This document shows, piece after piece, positions 1 to 13,858 of a stretch of 64,000 bases of DNA. Within the stretch, counting starts at the first letter, position 1. Each line of letters opens with the position of its first letter. The notes under the pieces were generated by a model. That model saw nothing but the letters and a program-made list of their open reading frames with translations. It searched no databases and was not told where the DNA came from. The stretch comes from Octopus bimaculoides. Taxonomy: Eukaryota. The stretch covers positions 15,896,878 through 15,960,877 of the forward strand of contig NC_068999.1 of the NCBI RefSeq assembly GCF_001194135.2, given 5' to 3'. The position numbers were made by a program, and so were the translations under genes.

Positions 1-37
<37 letters not shown>
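1..37. repeat. (TA)n microsatellite, representative of dozens of TA, CA/TG, TACA and GATA tracts in the window
   Basis: Seen directly. Confidence 0.98.
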
Positions 38-39
<2 letters not shown>

Positions 40-3000
40 GGGGGTGGGGGGTGGAGATGTATAATCTTCGTAAGAATTCTTGATTTCCCACAACGATGTA
101 TTGACACTGGCACTTCTGATCTTGAAATGCTACAATAATGAAATTGGAACCAGTATCTTTATTCTGTACTATTTTGAAGTTTTGTAGGTGTCTTAAAATG
201 CGTCTAAGAAGCTACCTGTTCCATCCATGTATGTATAAAAATACTCACATATGCACTCCTACACATGCATATCAGAGAGTAACACAAATTCTATTATTAT
301 AACTTAATATCTGTACACTTAAATTCTTTAATACACGATTTGGGAAAGAACGAGCCTGTTCGTCGTCAAAGCAATCCGAACATTTTAGAAACATGGTCGC
401 AAACATAAAGGTCATTTACTTCAAACATCACATTTTAACTTATTATATTTGTAAATGTGTACACAAACTTTTGGAAGTTTCGCCATTTTCAGTAACTGAA
501 TACATTTTATTTTACTCCTACGAATTTTAACCTCAGTAGAGCCAATCGGTAGATATTTAGTCAAATAGGCACTAGTTGATCATTATAGTATTAGTAGATC
601 TGCTTTCTACCTTCGTTGTGTTATCTAAATCTCAACTAGCTAATCTGCGATCAATAGTATCCCTACTGCAGTTAGAATTCAATGCTGTAGTCCTCCTGTT
701 CACTCTCAATTTCTTTTGATTCAGTTCATCTTTATTCGATCACATTTGTGTTCGAAAGAACTTATGGTAAAATACTTTCTCCAGTGTAATTATTCATTGT
801 ATTTAACAGGGATGTGTGATTCAGAGGGAGTTAGAGAAGTCTCTATCCGATGAAGCAAATATTCATCCTATTTTTGATTCTATGTTGTTTCAAAATCAAA
901 TGCCTTTCCACATTAATGAAGCTTCGGAATAAAAGGGTTTAACACTAATCATGCTGTTCGTTTAGCAATAAACAAGATTGCATTCGTTACTTTTGAAATG
1001 GTTGTCGATTGAGATTAGAATGAGGTCTTGCATTTATATCTGATTGCACAGATACAACTTACAAGCTATATATATAATTGATGGCTGTTACCTTAGCGTA
1101 CTGTAAGGAGAAGAAAACCTATTGGCTCTAATAGTCCATAGCAAAAACATTAACTAACACACAATTATTTTAAATTTTATAACTTCAAATACGAACTTCA
1201 TTCTGCAAATATTCGACGTAGATCAATAATGTCCTGTGAAAATTATGAGCATTGTTAAAACAATCAATGTCCTTCACGAATTTATGTGAGCGATACATTA
1301 TTAATCACATGTGTCATATAAATTATGATTTATCACAATCGCAAAGAGGTCAAAAATATGTCACGATTGAGATTTAGTATTTACTGTTTCTACCATCAGT
1401 AGGCTGCAGAATATCGATTCTACAACGATTTTAACACCTATACATCTCCTATTTTAGTGTTTTGTAAACATCACACTTAAAATCATGTAGTTACACGGAC
1501 TTCGAATTTGAGTGTTCTATATATTTTAAGATGGCCCCCGTGAAAGGTTACAGAGTCTAATGTTCAATTCATGCTTTACAGTATGAATATTATATCTACC
1601 CATCGGAAATGAAGAGTGCTGCACTACTTCACCATTAGCACATTGCATCTGGATTACTCTATTACAGAAAAATAAATGCCTCGTATAAGTTCGTTGCCTT
1701 AACGCATGTTTTTTTTTATGTACTACCTCTCACTTTGACGAAGTTCCTTTTATACCAGTTACTGACACATATTTTCATAATTTCGCTCAACGAAGTTGTC
1801 TTGGAATATGTAGATTCTGAATATTCAAAGAAGTACTAGGCTATTTTTAGTGCTGCTGGGATTCCCCGTTACGGACAATAATGGACTTGACATGGGTACA
1901 TGCATGACATGAACGTGTTTAAGCAGTTCTTTAATCTTGAGTGTTACTGTCTACCATATACGCCTTTTTTAACTAGAAAAATTCTAAATCCTTCTTAATA
2001 CTGCACATCTGATTGTCAATACGTAAAGGGATATCAGATATTAAATTCTCATACGATAAATTATACTAAATCTAGCTGTATCTTTAGCCAGTACAGCTTA
2101 TGAAGACTTTATTTCTAATGTATTCAATTGAAATCTCGGATATGTTTCGCCTTCATTGTAAGGCAGCAAAGAAAAGCATGGTGAATGTTGAGTAAATGTT
2201 GAATAAGTAAAAAATAGTGAAGTGCATATGAAGAATAAAACACTTTCCCAACAATGATTGACAGAAGAAGTTCTAACAAAATTACATGGTGCTTTGTTTA
2301 GTTAGCTAATCGCAGGAACAACGACACAAAAATGATAAATAAATCAAATATCCAAACGTACAGAAAAATAAATGATAAATAAAAGATTTAAAACTCCATG
2401 TATTTCAATATAGCCTGCACTTAGGAAATAGAAATAAGAAATTACTAATTTTTACCTCGAGACTAGATTATCTTTAATCTTACAGTAAAAAAAGTGGAGG
2501 GTGGAGGATAAAAATACTACAAGATAAGCTTTATTGATTTTCCTGAGTAGAAAATAACTTTCGAGTTAAATCTTCCTAAAAGTATCCACCAGGATTGCAT
2601 TATCGTTCTTTTGTGAAGACGACATGTTGGAAAATTGAATGTAATATCGATAATAAAAACTTATTCCAGCCAAAAGGTATTAGCCGAATGACATTAGATG
2701 AAAACAAACATTAGAATGAGAATATCCTCCTCAGTTAAACCCATTACCTGTTTTAAAGAATACCCAAACTGCTATTGCTGACAGTTTTTCATGTAAATCG
2801 ATGAATTTAAGCATTAATATTTAGTATTTCAGCATCAAGTACAATGTTCCTCCTTCCATAAAGATATTTAATACATCGAACCTCTACGTTTGTTTGTTAT
2901 CCTTTTTTATTTTCACTTCGTTTCCTATAATTCCACTACCCTTCCTGGAATTTTTATGCCATTTATTCATTTTTTCTTTCTATATTGCTCTTACATCAAA

Positions 3001-3584
3001 TATCCTTTTCCTATATAACTATGTTTTCTCTAGTTTCTTTTTCTTTTATATATTTGTTTCTACCTCTCACTCTATCTCCTTTTTAAGATCTTTTATATTT
3101 GATTAATTTATGTATCGGTATATTTCATATCTTCATATAAATATATCAGTAATTCTACAATAAATGAAGTGTCTTACCATTGCTTATTTATGGACACGTG
3201 TGAAGGAAAGGCCAAGTCGAAGCTTGCCTGTTTCATAAACATAATGTGCAAACTAAAATTATTATTAGCTTGTAATCGATAGATCTATCATTTTCACTAA
3301 CGCATTATTCTCACATATATTAATATGGCTTTCTTAACAATAAAATCGTGTTATAACGAAGTGAAAATTGATTGCCTAAGATACTTGAATTTACACTGTC
3401 TCTGTTATTTCCAACACGTGAGAGCGAAAAGATAAAAAGCAGTCCCCATTAAATTATATGTTTTGGTAAACAGGCATAGATATATAAGATAAGTATAAGC
3501 AATTTTCTTGCACTTACATATTCATAAAAAAAACATCACAAGACACTCCACTCCAAATTACTTTTAGCACAAACGGAAATCATA

Positions 3585-3617
<33 letters not shown>

Positions 3618-4260
3618 NNNNNNNNNNNNNNNNNNNNNNNNNNNNNNNNNNNNNNNNNNNNNNNNNNNNNNNNNNNNNNNNNNNNNTATATATATAATAT
3701 AAAAATATAACACTGGATACAAAGCATATAGGACTATGCTTCTATGTGCAATGAAAGTGAAAAACAAAAGCAAATGCATGATTACTCAGCGAAGAAAATG
3801 TGTTTTGTTTTAACACAAAAGCAACAATTGAAATAGTTTTGCTGTGAAGTGTACATTTATGTCTACCGTAGGAACTACATATTTATAAAAGTTGAGAAAA
3901 GAACTTGAGACGCAACGAGTATTAACTCGTCGATTTAATACCATCATATGGTAGCCTGGATAAGTTTAGCATTCACCCTGTCAACAGCATTCACGTTACA
4001 TATCTAGTTTTAGGATTCCTTCCTCATTCCATTTCACCTCTCAACGTCATGGCTCCAGAACTTGTTCTCTTGGTTAAAAGTGGAGAAAGGAAACGTATTG
4101 CCAATAATCAGCCAATATGAACATATTATTACGTAAAAAGGTATTGTTTTTAATAGTTATTATAAATTATGGGAAATATTTTTTTAAATAGTATTGACAG
4201 CAAGGAGTATCATGGAAAGATAACGGAGTAGTTATAATAATGTTATGATAAAATTATATT

Positions 4261-4600
4261 AATCTAGGAGAGTTATAATTGCATGCCCTAAAATGAAAGT
4301 CTGCAAATTTTGGAACGTACCATGCAAATGTAGGTGTATGTGTGTTTGTATGCATGTGTATCTGTGTATGTTTATAACTTCATCTCTCTATTTAGTAAAG
4401 ATATCCTTTAGTTCCTCACACTGCACCTAGGGACTTTTACAAAAACACACAAATACACATCCCACAGAGTAAGTATCGGATCCTGCATGCATATGGCTAT
4501 AAAATATAAAAATATATATCACTATATGTTATATTTCTTTCTTGAAGTTTACATCTATCAGTTACTGATCGCGAGTGAACTCTCAATAATCTGTCACACA
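4261..4600 (-). mobile_element. Diverged dispersed repeat, paralog of 9340-9600; probable 3' end of a mariner-like element
   Basis: Shared blocks with 9340-9600: TAGGARAGTTATAAYTGC, GTATCTGTGYATGTTT, CATGCAT..ATGGCTAT and GTTTACA..ATCA..GTTRCTGAT. The mariner assignment is borrowed from the 9340 copy. Confidence 0.4.
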
Positions 4601-5008
4601 TAGAGGTATATTTCTGAAGCCTCCTACATTGTAAAATTACGCTTGCATGACGAATATGTAGGGCCATCATTGGAGATAGAGTTTGACTTAAAAATATGAT
4701 CTTTGACCAACACGTCGATTCCAATTCAATACTTGTATATTTAAAAAACCAAATTAAAAACCATAAATGGAAATCATATAACTCTATGTTTTCTAAGAAA
4801 GTTACAAATCATGGAATCGTATTTATGCACATTTGTATTATAACGTATGCATCTATAGGTATCTATCCATATTATCGTGTCTATCTATCTATCTATCTAT
4901 CTATATGTATATATATATGTGTGTGTGTGTCTGTGTGCGTGTCTGTGTGTGTGTGTGTGTGTGAGTAGATAGGCATAGATATAGATAAACACGCACACTC
5001 ATACATAT

Positions 5009-5064
<56 letters not shown>

Positions 5065-6310
5065 TATTATATTATATTATATACTATTTGTGTATGCAAA
5101 TACATTTTAATAGTGAGAGAGGGTTTATGTGTGTGAACTTGCATTTATGTGAACAATTTTTCATCCTTACCTGAACGGTATTTATCAGTCGTTGAAAATA
5201 CTCAACAATATGTATTTAACTTATTTACTCTGATTAAACCAAAGTCAAACACATTAAGTAGCTTAAATAATTATATTTTTTATTACATCTGCGTTTTTCA
5301 TTTAAATAAGATATAAAGTTTAACTTTTCTCTTAAAATAATTACAAATATTCTCTTATGGAAACTTTTATCTGAAATAAACTAAAAACAGATATTTTTTT
5401 TTCTGAAGCACATATAAAAAGAAAATACAAAACAAAATTTCAAAAACACGAAATATTCAAAATGGAATTTATTTTTAAGAAGATTAATTAAATTTCTAAT
5501 GTATTTCTTTGATATAAAAAAAATAGGCAAGTGAAGTATTATTTATTGTGCGTGATGTTTGGAACTTTAATTGCGAGTTGTGTAGAGTGGCATACATTTA
5601 AGATTCTCTTGTTTTTTCACCATAACATTCCTACTAATACGATTCATCTCACGAATATATAAAATCATAAATGACAAACAAGATTTTGAAGCATCATGTG
5701 TCCTACTGTTACTTCATTATCGTTCAAAAAAGCCTTAGTGCTTCATGCTCGATCACCAGACCCTCTATTGGTGCGATATATATGATAAATATGTACTCTT
5801 GCATTCATTTATTTCCGTCTGTCTTTATATATTTAGAAACTGACGGGATAAATGTTAACATTTATCATTCAGAATTAAGAAAATATGTGCTCAGTGTGAC
5901 TGGTATCATTTTCCCTTTTATTATTCGTAGATATGTGCGTATATAAATATGAAAATATTTACACGTTAGCGGATATAAACTTGTAGAATAGAACACGCTT
6001 TCGCTAATTGCTTTAAGTTGCTATTAGGAGAACACTTCGAATGTTTTACATTTGATGAGGCAGGGCAACGACGATATGACAAATGGGGGAGATCTGACTT
6101 CCATCACTATGCAGCTGTTATTTGTTTTCAGCTGCGCTGAAAAAGCGGGAAGTGTAGTACATTACTCACAGACACTAGATCGATCCCAGACTAAAAGGCC
6201 AAACGTATTATAAATCAACATCTGTTAATTGTGATATTACTATGAACAATGTTGTGCATGTCGCAATGATAGGAATATAACAATCTGTAGATTTTTTTTG
6301 GTCGACTAAT

Positions 6311-6480
6311 GAAAGAAGCGCAGTGATACCAATTGTTTGAAGGAAAAGTATATATGCGATAAGGATACATAATGATATGATCAAGAAATGTCAATCAACT
6401 TAAGCTACAAAGCGGTGAAGGAGACAATTCTTTAGCGAATTTAAACCTCGATCAAGTGAAAGTTTATACACAACCGTACT
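6311..6480 (+). pseudogene. Decayed mariner transposase N-terminal HTH fragment
   Basis: 6311-6391 translates ERSAVIPIV*RKSIYAIRIHNDMIKKC, resembling the mariner N-terminus (E.RAVI.F...G....EIH..M) and the better copy at 47938. Confidence 0.4.
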
Positions 6481-8221
6481 GTTCATTTAACTGAAATCAG
6501 TGTATCAATACATTTGACAGTGTGTCTGATCTTGGCGATATAAAAGAAACACAAGGCGCATTTAGGTTTTACATACCCTCCTCAGTGAAGAATATTCGTT
6601 ACTAGACAAAAGAGCCAAGAGGAATACTTACAGCATTTAACACGATATATCAAAACATGTAGTGCCTAACAACAGGTTTTGAAATGTTGATTTTATTGCT
6701 TACTATCCATGTTCTGTGTCAGGCACAGTTTTGAAGAAGTATGATGAAAGGCCATGTATCACAATATATATCATAGTTTGCTCACACATTGCTGTCAGCA
6801 GCGTGTTGGGCCTTTTCAACATTTTTAGTTTAAGCCATTAAACTTGTACCATTATGCAAATAATAACTTTATAACAGCAATAATAGGAATACGTTATTTT
6901 TAATAAAAAAAAGAAACACATATAATGTAAACATACTTGCATATGTGTATATACATGTATATATAATATATATGTATATCTATATATATATATATATATN
7001 NNNNNNNNNNNNNNNNNNNNNNNNNNNNNNNNNNNNNNNNNNNNNNNNNNNNNNNNNNNNNNNNNNNNNNNNNNNNNNNNNNNNNNNNNNNNNNNNNNNN
7101 NNNNNNNNNNNNNNNNNNNNNNNNNNNNNNNNNNNNNNNNNNNNNNNNNNNNNNNNNNNNNNNNNNNNNNNNNNNNNNNNNNNNNNNNNNNNNNNNNNNN
7201 NNNNNNNNNNNNNNNNNNNNNNNNNNNNNNNNNNNNNNNNNNNNNNNNNNNNNNNNNNNNNNNNNNNNNNNNNNNNNNNNNNNNNNNNNNNNNNNNNNNN
7301 NNNNNNNNNNNNNNNNNNNNNNNNNNNNNNNNNNNNNNNNNNNNNNNNNNNNNNNNNNNNNNNNNNNNNNNNNNNNNNNNNNNNNNNNNNNTATATATAT
7401 ATGCATAGGCACACACACATAGACATACACACACGTACGTACACACACACACACGCACGCACACACACACGCACGCACACACACACGCACGCACACACGC
7501 ACGCACACGTATATGATTTCTGTATAATGAACTGAAGATTATTGTTATATATGTTAGTTAAATCATAGTAATTGCCTTACAGAAAATATTATTTGAAGTT
7601 ATTTCAAATAAATATTCTTATTCAAATGAAACGATAATAGAGACGACTTAATGATGTCTGTGAACGTCTATATTAGGAAATATGTTTAATAAATGGATTG
7701 ACAAATATACGAAATATTATGAATATATGACAATGATAAACAGTCACAGAATATATTTCATGAGAGTTAACCAATAACATCTGCCACTTACGTCATTACA
7801 AAGAAGTGAAACACAATTAATTAATATTCTGCTGCTTTGTGCTCTGTACATTTATATACAAACATAATTTCATTATTGCGTTTTAGAATACAATTTCATC
7901 GAAATTAATGTCCCTTAGGTTTGCTTTGGGAAACACTATAATGTGAGTTCGTCATTATACTAATGGTCACAGACGCCCATTTATATTGATTTATTGCAGC
8001 GACAAAATGGAAAACAATGAAATGTTGTGGCTTTCATTCCCCTCCATAGAATATCAATAATTCGAATGTAAATTCACCGTGAGCCAGTACACAAGCGTGT
8101 GACTGACAAAGGAAGCTAGGAATCAATATTGTTGTTTGTCAGATGTCAACTGTCATCTAGTTTAACGTTTTCCTTTGGTCACTGAGTGCCTTTAGCAGAG
8201 TCTGTATTTTTGCAAACATCC

Positions 8222-8282
8222 CAGTGAAGTATGTGGTCATAGGATATCTGTTTTTCAGTGAAGTATGCGGTCAGAGGATATC
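8222..8282 (+). repeat. Two-copy tandem duplication, period 34 bp
   Basis: CAGTGAAGTATGTGGTCATAGGATATC (8222-8248) and CAGTGAAGTATGCGGTCAGAGGATATC (8256-8282). Confidence 0.9.
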
Positions 8283-8629
8283 ATTTTTTTTCTTCCTCTC
8301 ATCTATCCTTCTCTTCCGCGAAGAAAAAAAGTGAGAGATGGTCATCGATTCAAGATTAAGACACACACGCGCGCACACACACACATATATCATGTTATCT
8401 GTCTGTCCATCTGTCTCTCTATCCATCCATCAATCTATCTATCTATGTCTATATANNNNNNNNNNNNNNNNNNNNNNNNNNNNNNNNNNNNNNNNNNNNN
8501 NNNNNNNNNNNNNNNNNNNNNNNNNNNNNNNNNNNNNNNNNNNNNNNNNNNNNNNNNNNNNNNNNNNNNNNNNNNNNNNNNNNNNNNNNNNNNNNNNNNN
8601 NNNNNNNNNNNNNNNNNNNNNNNNNNNNN

Positions 8630-8666
<37 letters not shown>

Positions 8667-8760
8667 CGTATATATAAATATATATATACGTGTATACACA
8701 CACACAAATATAAATAAATATATATATGCACACACACATGTTTGTGTGCGTCTTTCTACA

Positions 8761-9100
8761 TAGAAGGTACAGTCCAGAAGTTTTGAAACATGTTCAGGAG
8801 AGACGTATATATCAATTTCAAGAAGTACAAAACACTAAAAGGATCCTCTGATTTCAATGGATTTGTTGTAAGGCTCCAGCTACTTCGTTGCGGTGCCATT
8901 GAACCTTCCTCTTCAGCTCGGGAAACAACAAATTGTCACAGCGATTCCATCAAAGTCTTCACTAATGCTCATTTATTGACAATCAGGTAAGAGACTAACC
9001 AGCAGCTGTAGATGATACCTTTGCGATTGAGAAAGTTTATTATCATGAACTTCCTGGTAGACTTGCTTTTCTTGGCCTCATACAAGTTAATCCGCAAGCA
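8761..9100 (-). mobile_element. Internally deleted mariner (DD34D-type) transposon relic with one putative TIR
   Basis: Minus strand 9073-8972 gives KKSKSTRKFMIINFLNRKGIIYSCWLVSYLIVNK (cf. KK.K...S..KVM..VF.D.KGII). 8937-8890 gives DNLLFPELKRKVQWHR (cf. DF.LFPKLK..L.G.RF). The end at 8761 reads TA-GAAGGTACAGTCCAGAAGTTTTGAAAC, which is TIR-like. Confidence 0.7.
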
Positions 9101-9339
9101 GGTTGGAATATTTGAAACGTTTCCGTACCCTTTTTGTCAAATTTAACACAAAACTGTATTTCATAGCAAGCTTCCAAACGTCTCGCCTACATTCTCAAAA
9201 CTAATCGGCTGTGACAAGCAGGGTCTAAGTAGGGTATGTTGAAATTGATGTTACAACCGTTTCATTCAAAATGGAATAAGAAATGTAGGCAAGTCAGCTT
9301 ATTAGACGTATGGTAATGTTATATTAAAATTACAATAAC

Positions 9340-9720
9340 GTAGGAAAGTTATAACTGCCTCTAAAAAGTTTCTAAACTCCGGGAATGCACCTCCAATTTT
9401 AATTGGGACGTGTGTTTCCGTATCTGTGCATGTTTGTGAACTTGTCTCCTCACACTAGTAAATAGGTTGGTTATTTCCTTCACCTCAACCAGAGACTTTC
9501 GAAAAAGAAATAAATCCTACAAAACACACACCATAGTGCAAGTACCCTATCATGCATGTATATGGCTATGCGTTTACACGATCAAGACGTTGCTGATGCT
9601 TCCTTACTGCTGAAAGGAGTCTTGCTGCGTGGTCTTACATCATTTATGGTTTTTAATGTCTTTAGCACTGAGGTTCCTTCAGTTTCAGGCCATCGTGTCG
9701 TATCTTGTTCTTTATGTATC
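9340..9720 (-). mobile_element. Mariner C-terminal relic plus 3' flank shared with 4261-4600
   Basis: Frameshifted minus-strand fragments LKLKEP / DIK / DSFQQ / QQRLDRVNA resemble the mariner C-terminus PKLKEPL..RF...EDIK....FQ..F..W..RW.KCV. Confidence 0.45.
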
Positions 9721-10259
9721 ACACGTCTTAAACGTTCATATACAAGACGAAGAATTTAGAACCGACAATAGGACACAAATTACTGGTTTATCCTACGATG
9801 TTCACCTAATGCCAATTTGAGTGGTTGAGAAGAAAAAGCTCAACAATAAATACTTCAATTATTTGCTAACTACTGTTAGTGAAAGGAAGTTTTGTTTAAT
9901 TACAACTGTATTTAAATTCAATCTGAAGTTGACCAATAAAATAAATACCAGACATCTACTGGTGTCTATTGAGTTCAAACCGTTATAGCTCTCTTTTACA
10001 TACTCATTGCTTTAGACAAGTTTAAGAAATCAATATTTAAGTTATTCAGAAATGCTCTGGTTCAATAAATAAAAGAAAAAAAAATATCAATAATGTGTTT
10101 CAGTTATGTGTCGATATATTTGAAAATATGACTGAAGTGACAGGGTATAATTGGTTATCGAATTGTTAAGATTTATTATATTTAGCAATTTGTATATAAA
10201 ACTCTACTGCTGTGCTTTGCACAATTGTTTAACTAAACCAGTTTTTAAAATATTGTTGA

Positions 10260-10620
10260 GGTACGTTTAGACTAGTCTATTACTCGAAAGACATTCTGGA
10301 GAAGGACGAATACTGCCTGGTTCTCTTGGTCAGAAATACTAACGAAATGAGAAAATTCAGTTTATCCAAATGCAAAGATTCTGTACTATGGAACTTGATT
10401 ATGTAACAGAGAATACAATTCCGTAATTGCAAATATCGAGATTAAACAAAGGCATCAGGAATACTAACGATTTATTATACAATAGAATTAGTACCCATAA
10501 AAGTTTAATGCATTTAATGCATTCACTTGTGTATTCAATTTTTCTTTGATTGAAATCAATATAATTTGCCAGGAGATATGATCTAGCTTTCATTTTATAC
10601 TTAAACCTGCTATCATGCTG
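10260..10620 (+). pseudogene. Highly decayed CR1/L2-type LINE ORF2 fragments
   Basis: EMRKFSLSKCK from 10344 (cf. WQM.FN.SKCK), then KASGIL, HSLVYSI and RRYDL in the expected order across frames. Confidence 0.4.
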
Positions 10621-11889
10621 ATGTAGATACATCCCAGACTACCAAATACACACATACATACGCACACACACACACGTATGTATATGAGTATGTGTAAGTG
10701 TGTGCATCTGTATCTATATATCTATATCTATTAAAGGTTTTGTGTGTGTGTATATATCAATCTATCTATCTATCTATCTAAATTTATAGAAAGATAGATA
10801 TACAGACTAAAGCATACTGTTACATATATGTTTGTGAGTGTGTACATGTGTGTATGTGTGTGTATACGCGTATGTATGTGTGTGTGTCTGTGTGTGTATT
10901 CTATGGCCTGGGATATATCTGCATCAGCAAGATAGTCGGTTTAAGTAAACTATTAAAAAGAAATCTATTGGATAGAATAACAATGTATGCGACGTGTGTG
11001 CCTAACTCCAGTAACTGAACACTTACAGCAATGAACAGAATACACAGATGCTTGTATATATCTTAGAATATGCATTGTCTTGTTCTTGCTCTGAGTCTCA
11101 TGGTGTATATTATATTTTTCTTAAAGTATCTTTAGCATATGCAGTGGAAATATACCATATTTTGAGGAAATCATGGGAAATCGTTCCAGCTGCAACTTGA
11201 AATCACATCATGTAATTTCGTGGATAGAGATTCATTAGTTGCAGTGCAGCTGCTAACTGTTCAATTATCTCTGACTGTGTTTGACTTGGAGACAGACTAG
11301 TCAAAAATAAATCGATAAGTTGTTATTCCTTAATTTTATTTACTAATTATTTAAATTCAATAATGGTATAGCTAAAACAAGGAAAACATCAACACAGTAT
11401 TCGCAATGAACATTGCTAATGTTTCTACTGCTTAAAGCGATCTTGTTTTCGTTTGTCCTCAGCTCAGCCATGATAGAATAGATCTATCATAGAAGTAAGC
11501 TCACTGTGTATCCCGTTCTATTATATTCATAAGTATAGTGAAAGTTAAAGAGTTACATTGTCCCACGTGTCTTTTATTTGCAAGTTAGTAAAGGGGAACA
11601 CAAAGGCTATATGACTGATATTCATAGCAAGTCAGTCTCCTATCAGCAATTTGCCTCGTTTCAAGAAAGCTTCGTAAGGACTGTATATATGTTTGTGTGT
11701 GTGAGTGTGTGTGTGTGTTCATGAAACCAAGAGGGCTTAGGCGATACTACTGCGCATGCAGTTAGCTGATCCAATATATTTCTTTTTAGCAACTTACTTA
11801 GAAAGAAAAATGCTGGTTCATTTTCTTCACAGGAGCTAAAAAAGAATTTCAGAGGTTGGAAATACTTAGCAGTAATGAATCAGAATTGT

Positions 11890-12065
11890 GGCTACAGAGT
11901 GACCTAGGAGAGTGAGTTGTCAGATGAGGGGAGACAATTCAGTCCATGAAAGTAAGAGGACATGGAATTAGATTTCAGCCTACCTTAAAAAGAAGAGGCT
12001 ATCATAGTTTTCGTAAAGAAATAAAAAATGCGAAATGGCTCTTCGTCAGAGACTGGAACAAATAA
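11890..12065 (+). pseudogene. Possible CR1-type LINE 3' fragment
   Basis: VRGHGIRF...RDWNK resembles the TRGH...WN.LP terminus of CR1 ORF2; weak. Confidence 0.3.
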
Positions 12066-12076
12066 ATGAAAGTAAA

Positions 12077-12800
12077 TCATTGTGACCCTAACCTTGAATA
12101 CGCTTTTCTAGCAACTAACCTCCAATAGGGAATATAGTTGTCTTTCATGCAGCATGGCTCTTTGCAAAGAATGGAGGGAAACAATGCGTAAGACATTTTC
12201 AGAACCCTCCAGATTCGATTCAAATGATTGTAACTATTGATGGGAATGTGAAAAATTCTGGGGGCTACCATATAATGGACGATGTTTTGGACAAATTTTT
12301 GATATAGAATATGCTCAATTGAAAATATCTCTTCATCTTGATATTTTTCGTGTTTAGATACGAATACCACTAGATCAAAAAGAAACACCTAAAACGAAAT
12401 ACCTAACATATGTGATATAGCGGCATTGGTCTGTCACTACTCCAAGGAATGCATCACTCAAATTAGGAGTGTTGGATGATAGTTGTGAATGAGTTGATTG
12501 CTAATTCTAGCACGCCGAGGAGAAGTCTAGACGTTCCGTCATTGATTTGTAGACATTTTGATGTTGGTATTCCAGATTAGGTCTCATTTAATAGTAATAT
12601 GAGAACTAGCTATCCACCCGTTCTATTTATGAATACAACTAGAACTATATTGCTTTAGTTCGATCGGTGGTGAAGAATTTGAGAGAATGCTGGTTGTTAT
12701 ATATCAGAGGAATCCGGCAGATATTTCAATTAGGGCAAACCGACGTATGAACGCTACCCTAACGGTTGCCCCGTTAGTCAACTGTTCCACTTTAAAGAGA
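12077..12800 (-). pseudogene. Decayed CR1-type LINE RT relic
   Basis: Supplied ORF 12077-12388 contains LYQKFVQNIVHY...HLNRIWR (cf. LYK.LVRP.LEY...LERVQR). An upstream minus frame gives QH..V / QINDGTS (cf. RQ.V.IN...S). Confidence 0.4.
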
Positions 12801-13382
12801 AAGGGAATAGATACGTATAATACATACGTACACACATGAATACACAAATACACGCATGCATACTTGCATATATGTGTGTGCGCATGCGTACTTACTTGTG
12901 CATGTATGTGGGGGGGGGGGTGCTGTGTCACATTAGTCTCTTTATCCCTAAAATAATATCAATAATTGCATAAATAATTATTACTTTAGAAATAATTGTA
13001 TGAATTTCTAACGCAATAGATTCCAATCCGACAGCAGCGAGTATATTTATCTTGAATATCATTGGTTAACTTAAAATTCAAAAATTTTCAAGCTACGTGA
13101 TTTTAAATTGCTCTCTTTACGAGAGTGTTGCCCATCAATGCCAACATATTGATTAAATATGTTATGATTTTTTTTCTAAAGCTTCTTTTCAATAGAATTA
13201 TCTTTAAATGCCACAGCTTTCATCTCATCATTCAGAGACTTTATTAAATTGTCCATAATTTTAACTGTATAATTTCGAAAAGATTTTCCTGTATCATTAC
13301 TCATTCATCACTAATAATATCATTTAGTTTTCACTTTCTTCAACATAATGTGATGTAATTTATTTTTCACACNNNNNNNNNN

Positions 13383-13420
<38 letters not shown>

Positions 13421-13689
13421 TGCATGTGTGAATAATTTTATTTTTTACGCCTTACATTAAAATATGTTTTCAAATTTAAAATATATATATTTATACATAA
13501 TAAATATGGTCTGAGATAATTAGGTTTATTAAATCTCTTTACTTCAGAGGAGTAAAATGAACCTAATTAGTCACTAATATGTACTAAAATTAACATGTAG
13601 TAAAAGCATGACTCTCCACATTTCCTTAAATTGGAGCTTCCATTTTAATCAAAAAAATATAAGCGTGTCTCCATGAACACACACTTGTT

Positions 13690-13842
13690 TTCTCCGTATT
13701 CTTTCTGTTGAAGAGCGTAGCTCGAAACGTTAAAGACTTTCTGTATTCCCGAGCGTTAAACTAATACATTCTTTTGTTGTTTACACCATCTGTCCTCGTC
13801 TGTTGTTGTTGTTTTTCGTAAAATCTCCCATATATATATATA
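13690..13842 (+). mobile_element. Short repeat unit carrying the hammerhead motif; putative Penelope-like pLTR or non-autonomous derivative, ending in (TA)n
   Basis: Hammerhead motif followed by ~95 bp of pyrimidine/GTT-rich sequence and a TA tract. The PLE link is inferred from the known association of minimal hammerheads with Penelope-like elements. Confidence 0.45.
13700..13736 (+). ncRNA. Minimal type-I hammerhead-ribozyme-like motif with variant core CUGUUGA
   Basis: Stem I TCTTT(13700-04)/AAAGA(13732-36); core CTGTTGA-A; stem II GAGC-gta-GCTC; GAA; palindromic stem III ACGT; putative cleavage triplet GUU at 13729-13731. Confidence 0.65.
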
Positions 13843-13858
13843 TGTACATTTGTTTGTG

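Noticed and set aside
39-54. G-rich run as a G-quadruplex
   Set aside because: Only two long G tracts plus a GG; too weak to call.
540-700. Possible CR1 3' relic (QRR*KADL on the minus strand)
   Set aside because: A single short motif with stops; insufficient evidence.
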